Below are positions 13,421 to 25,600 of a stretch of 64,000 nucleotides of DNA, in pieces. A model generated the notes under the pieces. That model searched no databases, was not told where the DNA came from, and saw only the letters and a program-made list of their open reading frames with translations. Made by a program: the position numbers and the translations under genes. The first letter of the stretch is position 1. Each line of letters starts with the position of its first letter. Origin of the DNA: Raillietiella orientalis (taxonomy: Eukaryota); assembly GCA_036172245.1 (NCBI GenBank), contig JAYWIR010000027.1, positions 124,001 through 188,000 on the forward strand. Direction: 5' to 3'.

Positions 13421-16400
13421 TTTGGGACGCAGAAGGGTAACGACAGCATGCTTGCTCGCCGAGATCGCTCGGACCTGTGCACCTGGCGCAAGTGCGCGAA
13501 CCGGAGTCAGCAAAAAGTTTTAAAGACCATTTAAGCATTCCGTGCGCGGTCTTTGCAAACCAATGATAAGGACGAGGTTTGTGGGCGTGCGTGTGTGTGA
13601 TAACATAATTGAAATCAGGAATAAAATTAATATGATTATATAATGAATAAATTATGTATATACATGTTTTTATTTACATGATAATATTAAAATCATGTAA
13701 ACTTATAATTTTTTTATTGTTCAGGGAGGGTGGAGCGAGGTACACCTTTTATGTGTGTTCATTAGGTGTGTGTCTGTGTTTATGCATTCCCTTTCTCAGC
13801 TGCTGCCGTCAGCTGGAGAGAAAGGAGGGCGTAAATGTGTCCCGAAGTTTTCCTAATGGACCCCAGTCATGATCGTGACGTAAGAAGTGCCTTTGACAGA
13901 AGAATCGATGTCCCCTGCGTTTCAGAGAAGCGTTTCCAGGAGACGGAAACAGATCCCACGTGCCGCAGCTTCTTTCCAAACTGCTGTCTCAACTGAGGCG
14001 GCTGCGTAGCAGAGGTGCGTGCCTGGTGTGCAGCTGCCGCATGGCTGCAACACGTTAGATGCCATGCGCCTCTGGCAATACCGCTCTCGCATCTCGGCCA
14101 GGAAAAAGGCAACAGAGACTGTGGAACGTCTTCTCGGGAGCATGCGCGGGCCGTTGAAAGGTTTCTTGTTCTCTGCAGGATGTCTCTCGGTTCGTTCTTT
14201 TGGCCCAGCTCTGTTTCCTTTGTGATTTCTGGTTTTTGCCTTCACCAATTCCAGCCAAGCATAGGAGCGCTTTACGTAAGAGGTTGGGGCTGTAGGTGGC
14301 ATCTGCTTATTCTGCAGAGCCTATACGTCGCAACCTTCCCATGCTAAAATCGCATGGCGCCAGAGGGAACTCCGACGTGGACGGGATTTCATAAAGTGGG
14401 CGTTGTCCGGTGTCTGTCTGGCACGGCAAGGCGCACGCCTTGCCGTGCCAGCAGCACTGCCTTGGAGACACGGGCGCGCAGGAGCCATTTCTAGTAATCT
14501 TTGTGTGGGGGTCACCAGAAGTGGTCGCGGGAATTCTCCTGCTGCGCCTTCCAAAGAAACCGGCTGGATGTTCCAAGCCGAGCACGGAGGGCCACGCGCT
14601 CCAGAGGGGGAGGAAGAGAAACTTCCCTTCTCCTCCCTCTCTTCCTTAGACCCTCGTCCGAATCCTGCGGTTTAGGTTTCAAGCCCCTTTCTTCTCTCTC
14701 CTCCTTCACGAAGGGTGGATTCTCCTTCCCCTCCCCTTCTATCCGAAGTGCCTCAGGAGTCGACCTCTTCTCATCCGAGTCCTCCTTTCTCATCTCCCGA
14801 TTCCCTGCCGATTTGCATTCCGGTAGCTTGGAAGAGTTCTCGGTTCTGCCTATCCACACGCTCCGTCGAGCAGATTGGCGTTTCTCCCAACGGTTGCAAC
14901 GTGTGGCGACCGAGGACCGAGTAGCACGCTACTGGCATCGCCGATGCTTGCAGAACGGATCGGTGCCCCTGGGAAACTGTCGAGCGTTGCCTGGGCAGCG
15001 TGCCGTTTCACTTCCACGTCATTCGCGAGCTTCCTCTTGTCCGTCGAGGCAGGTGGTAGTGTGGCAACAGTTCCAAGAGATCATCCTTCGTTCTCTTTCC
15101 ATCCTTCCGGCCGCGGGCATCCGCGACTGCGCTCACCGTTTTGCCCCCACCCACCACCCCCTCCCCTCCCTCTTCCGCTTCCCTGCCGGAACTCAACTCC
15201 GCTCGCGGCGCTTCACCCGCAACTGGAAACAGGAAAAGTTCACGTGCTCGTACTTGCGTGCTTCTCTCTGCAGGGGTTCCTTACCTGGGATCCCGTCTCT
15301 CGCGCAGTCGGGAGTCCCCGCAGCCTGCTGCGGGACCGAGAACTTCCTCCCTACCTGTGGGCACTGCGGTCGCGAGGTCGGAGCGCCAACAAGCTTCAGC
15401 AGACACCCTTCTCCGGGGTCCGCGCTTCAGTGTTCCGGGGCACGTCTGCATCTCCGTTGGGAGCTTGGGCCAGTCTTCCCACGCTCCTTCTGCCTCCCCT
15501 CTGACCATCCGTGCGTCAGCCCGCTGCCAAAATCCGATTGCCCCCTCACGCCCTCTGAGACCGGCCACGTCTCTCCTCTCTGCCGCCTGCATCCCATCTC
15601 TCTCTCTCTCTTCCCAGGAACTCGACCTCAGCGCAACGGCGTTCACTTATTTATTTGTCTTCGGGCCCCTTCTCCCCTATTAGCCCACTGAAAACTGGAT
15701 AGCAGAAAGAGGGGAGGGGGTCCAGACCTTCTATTGGACGCTTCACTGGAAGTCGACGATCCTACAGGTTGCGGCCGAGCTGCAGCCCGCGCCCATGGGA
15801 ATTCTGAGCGCATGTTCGGGAACCATCGGTTTCCTTTTTTTTTTTCCTTTCCATTCCTCTCCCTCCCCTGCTTCCCTTCCTGAAGAAAGGGAACTCCCAT
15901 TTCTCCACTTTGGAGTCGGCGTGCAAGAAGACCAGCGACGGCGCGAGCGAGCGCGGTTCAGGGAGTGGCGTCAGGCGAGAGCGGATGCTGACAGCGTGGT
16001 GCCGCGTCCCAGCTATTTCCCTCCCTCCCCCGTCCGTTCCCCTCTTCTCGATTTCTCTCCCGTTGCAGCGTTGGAGTATGCATGGCCGATGACGGGGAGC
16101 TGCGTCGGACTCCAGCGGTCGAGAGGAAGAGCAAGGATCGGTCGCCCCAGGTCCCCTCCTGCTCGAACCCCTTCCTGCCTGGCAGTAGCACTCTGATCAG
16201 AGGAAGAAGGAAATCGTCTGTTGGGTCCAGCACCTCCATCCCTCTGCTTCAGAGTTCCGGGATCTCCCCCTGCTTCCGCTGCCTTCTCTCTCCCAGATTC
16301 TTCGTCCTATCCAGCTGTCTCTTTGTTGTTCTTTCGGGTGCACCGGCGGCTCCTTGCTGACCACCCCTCCACGTGTTTCTGGCAACGATTCCTGCTCGTG

Positions 16401-18920
16401 GTCTGGTGACCGTCCTCCTCCACCCACCTTTCCTCGCTCTCCGTCGAAGTGTCTGCAGGAGGGAAGCTAGCAACTTTCCGGACCCTCTGGACCTTCTTTC
16501 CTTCTCCATTGTTCCCGGCGGTACTCCTCTCGGTTCCACGCTCACGCATCTGCCCGTTTGCCAAGGACCCTTGGCGTCTCGTGGTGGGGAAGAGCTGGCG
16601 GCAGCGAAGACGCAGACGCAGGTCGCACGCCCACCCAAGTCCCCTTTGGTCACGTTCTTTGAGAGGTCAGCTGCCTCCCCTTCCCCCCTTGGACTGGAGG
16701 CTAGAAACCAACTGTCTCCCTTCCCCTCCTTCACTCTGTCCCGTCGCTGCTCCTACCCCTTTCGCGTCTCCAGGTGCCCCACTGCGCGAAAGATGCCGCA
16801 GAGGATTCTGTGTGCAGGACGACCCTCTCTCTTCTTGCGCGCAGTCGGACAGGGCTGCAGGGGCAGGACCGCTTTCGGTCAGCTGCGTAAAGCGCCGTCT
16901 TCGAGGACAGCGGGCGCGCTTCGGCAACCAGCACACTCCTTCGACTGACCGACGGCATTGGAGACGCGTTCATTGCTCCGGGCGGCGACGACTGTGCTCC
17001 CTTTCCCCCTTCATGGCTGACCCTCCTACTATCCACGCGACAGCGAGGGGAAGATGGACCGCGGGACACTTCCGGATTCCTCCAGACACCCTGCTTTCCC
17101 CCAGAGGACCGCCCCTCCGGGCACCCTGTTTCGCGACGCGCCTTCCATCGTCCCCCCGGGGGGGGGGGAATCCGCCCGCGGGCGAGCGCGACCTCCTGGG
17201 CTGGTACGAAAAAGGCCACGAACCTGCTCCAGGGTCGTCCCGCACCCGTTTATCCCGTCCGGGGAACCTGGTAGGTGTGATGGCTGCCACCTTCCGGTTC
17301 CCTCCCACCCCGCTTGACCTATTTCCCCCCTACCCTCTCACCAGAGGGGAGGAACCGTCGAAGTTCACTCGAGCACCTCATTTGCCCTCGGATGCTTGGA
17401 GACCGGGTGAAGAGTCGAGAAGGAAAAAGAGAAAGGAGCACATGTGTTTGGGATTCCTGTCTCTCGGATGGCGTCATTGACTCCTGAGAGAAGGCGCCAA
17501 GATCCCTGCAGGTGCAGGCAAACCGCCTGCGGGCATGATTCGCCCCCGGGTCGCACCCGGATAACGGCGAGAGCGAGGCGAAAGCCAGCAGCTGACGGGG
17601 CAGCTGTCCCGGACATCTGGACAGCTCCGGGACGACGAACGGCAAGGGACTCAGCGGTCCTCCCCTGCCCTTCTCGGGGAGAAAGAGGGGGAGGGAGTAC
17701 TCGCGCACACCACGCACCGCCACAGCCGAGGTACCATCCGTTCCCTCAAAAGGGGGGGAGGGGGTTGCCCATCTCACCTCGCTGTGGGTCCGCAGCCTCC
17801 CCTCCCTCGTTTCCTCTTTCACGTGTGTGCCCTCGATGCCGGACGCTCCCTCGAAGAGGTGCCTCGTGTCCCCTGCAAAGGGGGCGCTTTCTCTAGTGAG
17901 TCCGGCGACTCGTGGAGATAGCTCTTCCGCGCCCTCCACAAGGCGCACTGTGCACGCAGGAAGAGTCCGGGACTTCCTCGGAAAGTCCTGCTGCTGAAGT
18001 CTCGGTCTCTCCTGGGTGGCGGAAGTCCCCGTGCGCGGAGCAAGGGGTGAAGGATGGAGGTCACAGGAGTTATCCATCCTCCACACCACCCTCAGACTCT
18101 TGTTTGGCTCCGAGACGCACGGTGGCGAGCATGTGGCCCCTGGCCCGCTGCCTTCCTTGAGCTGGCCTTGCGGATTCTCGCCTTCCTCACCCTGGGTCAC
18201 GGAACTCGAGCGATGCTACGCTCGCCACCCACGTGCTGGCTCGTGAAGCGGACTGGACGGTGGCCTCTCCCCGTAGTGGTGACAACGGTACGGTTTCGAG
18301 AGCCGCTCGGGGCGCAGCATTGGTTGCGGGAGGCAACGGCAGCTGTCTTCGAAAGCGGCTGGGTGCCCGTGGGGGCGTTCGCCATCGGCACGCAGACATC
18401 GACTGGTCGTCTGGGATCCGTGCGAATCGCCAGGGTTTTCTCGGAACGGGAACTGGGGGGAGGACGCGACCCCCGGAAAGAGAGTGAGGAAATTCCCGAG
18501 CGCATCCAGTCGGATCCCTCCTCCCCCGTCTCCCCCCTCCCCCCATCATCCTCTCCATGTCTTCTTATCCATCTCGTCGTCTTTTCGCCAGTCTCTTTCG
18601 TTCCCTTGTCCTCATCGCCAGCCTCCCCTTCTTCCCGTCGTCCTCCTCTGCCCGCAGTTCCTCCCAGCCGAACTGCTCCGGATCGCTTGCCAGCGGCGTC
18701 CTAGGACGGACACCTCTGGCAAGCTCGAAGGCGGAATACAGGGCGAGCACCTGACGCGAAAGAGTCGTCGTCGTCGTTCCCCCGTCCTCCGACTACTCGC
18801 CGGGACGTTTGCGGAGACCCGTTCTGCAATCGCTCTTTTTGCCCTTCCTCTCTTCTTGCCTTCCAGGAAGGTGAGTCCCCGCGGTCTGCCACGGCGACGG
18901 ATCTTCTGGACACGCGGCGT

Positions 18921-21900
18921 ATGGAGGACGGCGGCAGCGGCAGCGACGACGGCGACGAGTCGGCGGGAGACGAGGAAGAGGAGGACGACGACGAGGAGGA
19001 GGAGGAAAAGGAAATGGTGGGCGAGAGCGGAGAGAACGTGCCGTCCTTCGCCCCCGCGTGCTTCTTCGGCAGAGAGTGGGTCTTCAGCAAGCTGCGGAGG
19101 TACCTGGACTCCAGGATGGGGTCGGGGGCAACGGGCACGGTTCGCGGAGTTCTCATCGTGGGCGGCCCCGGAAGTGGTAAGACCACGCTTCTGAAGGAAC
19201 TGACCGGTGGCCCGCGGCACTCCCTGGCCCCACGAGTCGCCGCCAGCCACTTTTGCCGCTCCCGCGACGCGTCCTCCCTGAGCGTGTCGCGTTTCGTTCG
19301 TGGCTTGTGCGTCCAGCTGGAGCGCCACGAGTGGGCGCAGGCGTGCTGCCTCGGTCTGGGCGAACGCAGCCGCCCCCTCCGACCCCCTTCCCACGAGTGC
19401 TTCCGCCGCGCCGTGCTGTTCCCGCTACTGGAGCTCGATCCCCCCCCCGGAATGCCACTGCTGCTGGTCGTGGACTCTCCCGACGAGGGGCCTGCGCTCA
19501 TTGCCGATCTCCTGGCCCGCCACGTGCATCTCCTGCCCTCCTGGCTGCTGCTCGTCTGTGCCGTCCGCCGGGCCGGCTCACGGCTCTTCCCCGGGTTCCG
19601 CCGCGTCCGCCTGGACGACGCGTCGCGGCCGGCGGTCGCCCGCGACCTCCAACTGTACCTCCTGGGCCGCCTACAGCACGAGCGCGCCCTGCGCCGCCGC
19701 CTACGCCCTGACGCCACCCGCACTCTCCGGCAGCTGCACATCAAGAGCGACGGCTGCGTGCTGTACCTGCGCGCCGTCCTGGACGGGCTGGCGGACGGAT
19801 CCGTAACCTCGGAGGAAGTCGCCGGCATCCCGGCCACCCTTAACGGCCTCTTCCTGTGGCTCGCGTTGCGCGCGTGGGGGGGAGGCGCCGACGCCGAGCG
19901 CTTCCCCCGCGCGCTGCGCCCGCTGCTGAACGCTGTGCTGGCGGCACGCCGCCCCCTGACTCGGGCGCAGCTCTTCCGTTATGCGCGGGCGTCCGACGTC
20001 GCGCTCTCCGGAGCCGAGTTCGACGACCGGCTCGCAGCGCTGGCGCCCGCCCTGTCCGAGGATCGCCGAGGGCGCATAACGACCTTCCACGACAGCTTCG
20101 CCGAGTGGCTCCTGGATGTCAAACACTGCACGTCCCGCTTTTTGTGCCGGCCCGGGGACGCCCATCCGGAGCTCTGCCTCTCCCTGTTCACTTGCCGCTC
20201 CCCGGATCGGCCCCTCACCTGCCGGGAGACCTCCGACCTCAGGTTCTACCTGTGCGCCGGAAGCCCGTTCTTCCCAGAGCCGCACGACGCCTTCCTGCCT
20301 GCCCTGCTCTTCCTGTTCTGCAGTCCGCGCCTCCGCCTCCGCCGGGAAGCCGCAGCCGACGACGACGGCGACAGCGGCGACGAGATCTCGAAGCTCCTGC
20401 GTCAGTGCCGCCTAATGCCGCCCGCAGCGGACGGCGCCCCCGCACCTCGCCCGCCGGTCAGTGGCTCCTCGCGCCGCAGCCTCCTTCGCCGAGAGAACCA
20501 CCGCGAGGAGGGCGAGCCCGGTGCGAGCGGTCGCCACCCCCAGCAGAGGCGGGAGCGGGACTTAGAGTGGACCGAGCACTCCGAGCGAGTGCTTGCGGAG
20601 GCGGCGCTCGAGCGGGAGCGCCCAGACCTCCCCGAGGGATGCACAGTGCTGTGCGCCGCCGCGCGCGCCGGAAACGCAGCCGCTGTGGACCGCTTACTGG
20701 AGCACGGCGCCGAAGTGGACTGTGAGGACGGGCGCGGGCGCACCGCCCTCAACCTCGCCTCAGCGAACTTCCCTCCCCTCGAGCGTGACTCCTCCATCGG
20801 CATCGACGTGGACGTCGGCGAGCGCCTGCGTGTCGTCGGCTCGCTTCTGGAGCACGGCGCCAGCGTGGACCACGAGGACGAAGATGGCGTGACCCCTTTG
20901 CTGGCGGCGGCTCTGGCGGGCCGCCGCGACCTGTGCGAGCTGCTGCTCGAGTACGACTCCGACCCAGACAAAGCGGACCGCTTCGAACGGACGCCCCTGC
21001 TCGTCGCCGCCGCCGCCGGGCACGCGGACGTCGTGCAGCTGCTGCTGTTCTGGGGCTGCGACGTGGATCGCATGGACGCGGAGGGTCGGACGGTGCTGAC
21101 CGTGGCCTCCTCGCAGGGGAACGCTGACATCGTGGAAAATCTGCTACGCCGCGGCTTAGATGAAATGCACAAGGATCACGCCGGCTGGCCTCCCCTGCAC
21201 TACGCGGCGGCCGAGGGCCACCTGGAGGTGTGCCGCGTGCTCACCGAGGCCGGGGCTCGCGTCGACGAGCGCGACAACGATGGACGCAGCGCGCTGATCG
21301 TGGCCGCCCAGGCAGGCCACAGATCGCTTGCCGAGTTCCTCCTCCTCAGAGGGGCCGACTTGGAGCAGCGCACCCACGACGGGAAGACCGCCCTCCGAGT
21401 CGCCGCGCTGGAAGGTCACTGCGACGTCGTGAACTATCTGGCGGATGAAGGATGCGACCTGGATTGCAGGGACGCAGACGGACGCAGCACGCTGTACGCG
21501 CTGGCGCTGGAAGGGCGGCGAGAGACGGCCGAGCTGCTGCTGCAGCTGGGAGCCGACGTCGACCTCACCGACAGCGAAGGCCGCACTGCCCTGCACGCGA
21601 GTGCCTGGCTCGGGAAAGTGGATATGGTGCGCATGCTCCTGGCTCACGGCGCCCACGTCGACGCGAGGGACGGCGAGCAGCGAACGCCGCTCCACAACGC
21701 CGTGTGGAGGAACCATGCAGACGTCTTGCGCGTGCTCGTCCAGCACGGAGCCGACGTGAATGCAGCTTGCCGCCAAGGGGCCACTGCGCTCTCCATCGCG
21801 GCTCAGGAAGGTCGGGAGGAGTGCGTGCGGGTGCTGCTGGAGCACGGCGCTGACTCCCAGAGGCGCGACTGGATGGAACGCAGCGCTCTGACGATGGCGC

Positions 21901-22532
21901 AGAAGAGCGGACACCACGAGATCGCCAGGCTCCTGTCCCGGTCGAAGCCGACGTCTTGCCAGCCCCCTCCTTCGCTCCCACGCCAGAGCATCCCCGCCAT
22001 GCAAGAAACATCCGCACCCTCCGAATCTTCCGGTGGCGGAGGCAGCAGCTACCTCCGCAAACTGCTGCTGTGCCCATCGTCCTCTTCGACCAGCACGGAT
22101 GTCAGCCTGCGCAGGCCTTCCAAAATTGGCAATGGCGCTGTCGCCGAAGGTAGTGCGCCCGTCCCGGCTGAAACCGTCAGCCCTTCTAAGGGGCACCGTC
22201 GCCTGAGTGACGCTGGACCATCCGCAGAGCCATCTAGCCCAGTCTACGCATGTCCCCTCAGTTTCTCCCCCTCCCCGGACGCGAACCATAAAGATCCGCT
22301 GCTGCCGGGAACGATATCGCCCGAGTGTTCTAGTCAGGATTCCCAGATTCCCCTTCCCCTGTCACGTGACGGCCACATGAAAATCATCCTGGGAAGCCAG
22401 CACCGTGCGGTCCCCAAGCGGAATGGGTTCGTAGGAGGGAACGCTTCGAAGAGTGGGATGGGTCTGAAAGCTGTGCTATCGGGCGCCGTAAAAGCGCCGT
22501 TCGGCGTCCTCAAGAAAGAAACATTTCTTTAA
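18921..22532 (+). CDS. ANKRD50: Ankyrin repeat domain-containing protein 50 orthologue (P-loop NTPase domain + 13 ankyrin repeats), 1203 aa, uninterrupted CDS
   Basis: 1203-aa ORF with FFGREWVFSKL, Walker A GGPGSGKT, AASHFC, Walker B-like LLVVDSPDE, LHIKSDGCVLYL, IPATLNGLFLWL and FHDSFAEWLLDVKHCT, which match ANKRD50-family motifs as I recall them. 13 ankyrin repeats at ~20637-21940 include the characteristic LLFWG and GLDEMH repeats. Ends in KKETFL (vertebrate KKETPL). A polypyrimidine tract + CAG at 18864-18866 may be an upstream splice acceptor, so the true start could lie further 5'. Confidence 0.93.
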   Translation: MEDGGSGSDDGDESAGDEEEEDDDEEEEEKEMVGESGENVPSFAPACFFGREWVFSKLRRYLDSRMGSGATGTVRGVLIVGGPGSGKTTLLKELTGGPRHSLAPRVAASHFCRSRDASSLSVSRFVRGLCVQLERHEWAQACCLGLGERSRPLRPPSHECFRRAVLFPLLELDPPPGMPLLLVVDSPDEGPALIADLLARHVHLLPSWLLLVCAVRRAGSRLFPGFRRVRLDDASRPAVARDLQLYLLGRLQHERALRRRLRPDATRTLRQLHIKSDGCVLYLRAVLDGLADGSVTSEEVAGIPATLNGLFLWLALRAWGGGADAERFPRALRPLLNAVLAARRPLTRAQLFRYARASDVALSGAEFDDRLAALAPALSEDRRGRITTFHDSFAEWLLDVKHCTSRFLCRPGDAHPELCLSLFTCRSPDRPLTCRETSDLRFYLCAGSPFFPEPHDAFLPALLFLFCSPRLRLRREAAADDDGDSGDEISKLLRQCRLMPPAADGAPAPRPPVSGSSRRSLLRRENHREEGEPGASGRHPQQRRERDLEWTEHSERVLAEAALERERPDLPEGCTVLCAAARAGNAAAVDRLLEHGAEVDCEDGRGRTALNLASANFPPLERDSSIGIDVDVGERLRVVGSLLEHGASVDHEDEDGVTPLLAAALAGRRDLCELLLEYDSDPDKADRFERTPLLVAAAAGHADVVQLLLFWGCDVDRMDAEGRTVLTVASSQGNADIVENLLRRGLDEMHKDHAGWPPLHYAAAEGHLEVCRVLTEAGARVDERDNDGRSALIVAAQAGHRSLAEFLLLRGADLEQRTHDGKTALRVAALEGHCDVVNYLADEGCDLDCRDADGRSTLYALALEGRRETAELLLQLGADVDLTDSEGRTALHASAWLGKVDMVRMLLAHGAHVDARDGEQRTPLHNAVWRNHADVLRVLVQHGADVNAACRQGATALSIAAQEGREECVRVLLEHGADSQRRDWMERSALTMAQKSGHHEIARLLSRSKPTSCQPPPSLPRQSIPAMQETSAPSESSGGGGSSYLRKLLLCPSSSSTSTDVSLRRPSKIGNGAVAEGSAPVPAETVSPSKGHRRLSDAGPSAEPSSPVYACPLSFSPSPDANHKDPLLPGTISPECSSQDSQIPLPLSRDGHMKIILGSQHRAVPKRNGFVGGNASKSGMGLKAVLSGAVKAPFGVLKKETFL

Positions 22533-22628
22533 AAAAACGAATCGAGTTTCCTTTTTTTTCTTTTGCTTTTTTTCAAGAAGGGGAAGAGGATTGAGGTTGA
22601 AGGCGCCCTGCCTCTTGCGGCGTCTTCG

Positions 22629-25600
22629 TCAGAGCAGATCATCAGGATCTTCCACCGGAAGCGGCTTGTGGTCGAAGCTTTTCGTACGCCTTCTGTAAAA
22701 AGGCAACAACCTGAAACCACACAAGAGGGGCGTTGCAAAAGGGAGATGGGGAAGGAAGTTCCTGCCTTCCATCCTTCTCCGCTCACCTCATCACATCGTG
22801 CCAGATGTCGAAATTCTGATCCCTGCGCACCTTGGAAGGCAGGGTTTCCTGGAGTGCGGCATCGTCCTCGTCGAGGGTCTTGAGATACTCCTCGGTCTCG
22901 AGTTTGCTCTGTGTCGGCTTCCGGTAAAGTTTCAGTAGGAGCGACGAGCAGACAACGGTCACGGAGCTGGCCGCCATGGCAGCAGAACCCATCCATGGGT
23001 GGAGCACCACGCCTAAAGGCATGAAGAGTCCTGCGGCAATGGGCACTGCCAGTAGGTTGTATACGCTGGCTAGGAAAAAGTTGAGCCGGATGCGCCTCAC
23101 CGTTCGATGGGAGAGGTCGAGGCACGCAATCACATCCAAAAGGTCGTTCTAGAGTAAGACAAGACAGGCCACCAACCCCACCATTAGACCAAATCGCCAC
23201 AGTGACTTACGCGTATGAGCACGATGTTTGCGGCTTCGATGGCGACGTCCGTTCCTGAAGAAATCGCAATGCCCACGTCGGCCTTGGCGAGGGCCGGCGA
23301 ATCGTTGACCCCGTCTCCCACCATGGCTACCCTGTAGCCTTCGCTCTGTATGGACGCGATATTCTGCACCTTGTCAGAGGGCAGGACTTCGGCGTGCACT
23401 TCGTCGATCCTGAGAGACTGCGCGATGGCATCCGCAGTGTACTGGTTGTCCCCTGTCAGCAGAACGACCCTGATCCCCATCTTCTTCAACGTGTGCACAA
23501 CTAAATGGGCTTCCGGTTTGATCTGATCGGAGATGCAGAATAGCGCCATCAGGCGTCCGTTGATGGCCGCCAGGACGACCGTCTGGCCGTGCTTCTCCAT
23601 CTCCGTGGTTATGCACTGCACCCCGACGCTGACGCTGACGCCGTGCAGCTTCATCAGAGAACGGTTTCCGATGAGGACCTGCATTTCCGCATCGCCATGT
23701 TCCAGTCTGTTGCGTTCCGACGCCATGGCCACGTACACTTCGTGGTCGGCCAGCTGAACCTTGTGTGCGCGCAAACTGGCGTCGCTGACAGCCCAGTTGC
23801 TCAGGTTGCAGATCTGCACGCAAGAACGGACCTTGTCGATAAGGAGCTCCGCGTTACGAAAGGTACCGCGGATGCCACAGCCAGGAAGCTCCTCGAAATC
23901 TGAGAACTGACCAATGCAGTCGTTGCCCACCAACTCCTTGATGAACTTCGTGATGGCTGCAGAGCATAGGAGGGGGCATCAGCAGCTCACAGATCGCTAC
24001 AGCAAACAGTTTAGACTCACCGTAGGCCACTGGATGCCTGCTGTTGGCTTCAGCGACACCTACCAGAGCGAACAGCTCGGCTATCGCATCCTGCGTGAGC
24101 AGGACGACGCTGGTCACGATTGGCTTCCCGTACGTCAGGGTGCCCGTTTTGTCGAACACTAAGACTTGTGTCTGGAAGCACAGCACGACATACCGGGATT
24201 GCTTTTCCTTATTTTCGGTGAGGTCATACCTTGTGTGCATTCTCCAAGGCTTCGGCACCCTTGATCAAAATTCCATTTGTTGCGCCAACACCAGTGCCCA
24301 CCATGACGGCTGTAGGAGTGGCAAGCCCCAAGGAGCAAGGGCACGCAATGGACAAAACAGTCAACGCGCAGCGGAATGCGAACGCAAATATCACTTCGTG
24401 ACGGCTGGCTCTTCCGTTTGGCTCAAACACCGGGTCTATGTATAATACATTGATATAGCCCACTATGATCCATCCGACCAGAGTGGCCACAGATACCCCG
24501 CATATTATGGGTATGAAGAAACCAGCTATACGGTCGGCTATTTTCTGGATGGGAGCTTTCGAAGTCTGAGCCTCTTCTACAAGCCGCACAATTTGGGCAA
24601 GGGTAGTGTCAGATCCGACATGAGTAGCTGTCATGATCAGGACACTATTCTGGTTTAGGGAGCCACTCATGAGGAGGGCACCAGTGTTCTTCAGCACGGG
24701 CATCGCTTCCCCAGTGATCAAAGACTCGTCTACCAGCGAATTACCCTGAGCAACACACCCATCCACAGGAATCTTGTCTCCAGGCATGACACGCAGCAAA
24801 TCTCCACACTGCACAAGGCCTATATCCAGCTGCCGTTCAGAAGACACATTTCCCTGGTCATCCAAGGTCACTAAGGTGGCCTCAGTAGCTTGCATTGAAA
24901 TGAGTTTGCTCAGGGCTTCTGAGGTCTTGCCCTGATGCAATCAAGTAACTTAAATCATAAGACCATTTATCTCACTTTTGCAATGCTTTCCATCCAGCGG
25001 CCCAACGAGATGAAAACGAAAAGCATAGGAGGAGTTTCAAAGAAGGTCTTTGGACTAGTAGGGTGCTGTAATGCCATAGCTATGACCACAATCAGAAATG
25101 AATACACATAGGCTATGGAGGTAGCTAGCACTACCAACACATCCATGTTGGCAGTCTTATGACGCAATGCTTTAGCTGCCATCACAAAATAAGGATAGCC
25201 ACTGACAAATTGTACTGGAGTGGAAAGTAGGAACATGAGAAAATTTTCCAGGGAAAGTCCAGGAAGAATGCAGCATGGGAAATGCAAGGGTCCCATGAAC
25301 AACATCATGGCTACCATGCTGGGAAGACCAAACACAAGAGAGAAGAAGAAAGTACGGCGCCATTGACGTATTTCCTTATGCTGGTCTATGTGCTCAGAAC
25401 CATAACCCACATTTGAAATCAGGGAAGCACGGTAGCCGAGACTCTAGTATGCAGACAAAACACTTAATTCCCAACCTAACCTAATGCTTTGCTGCACTCA
25501 CCTCAATGGTGTCCACTATCTTTCTTGGACCAATTAGTGTAGGGTCAATAACAATGCAAGCTCCCTGAGTAGCAAAAGTGACAGTGACTGAGAGGACACC

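Noticed and set aside
18612..22289. Long antisense and alternate-frame ORFs over ANKRD50 (e.g. 18701-19837, 21156-22289)
   Set aside because: Shadow ORFs expected from a very GC-rich coding sequence; no domains.
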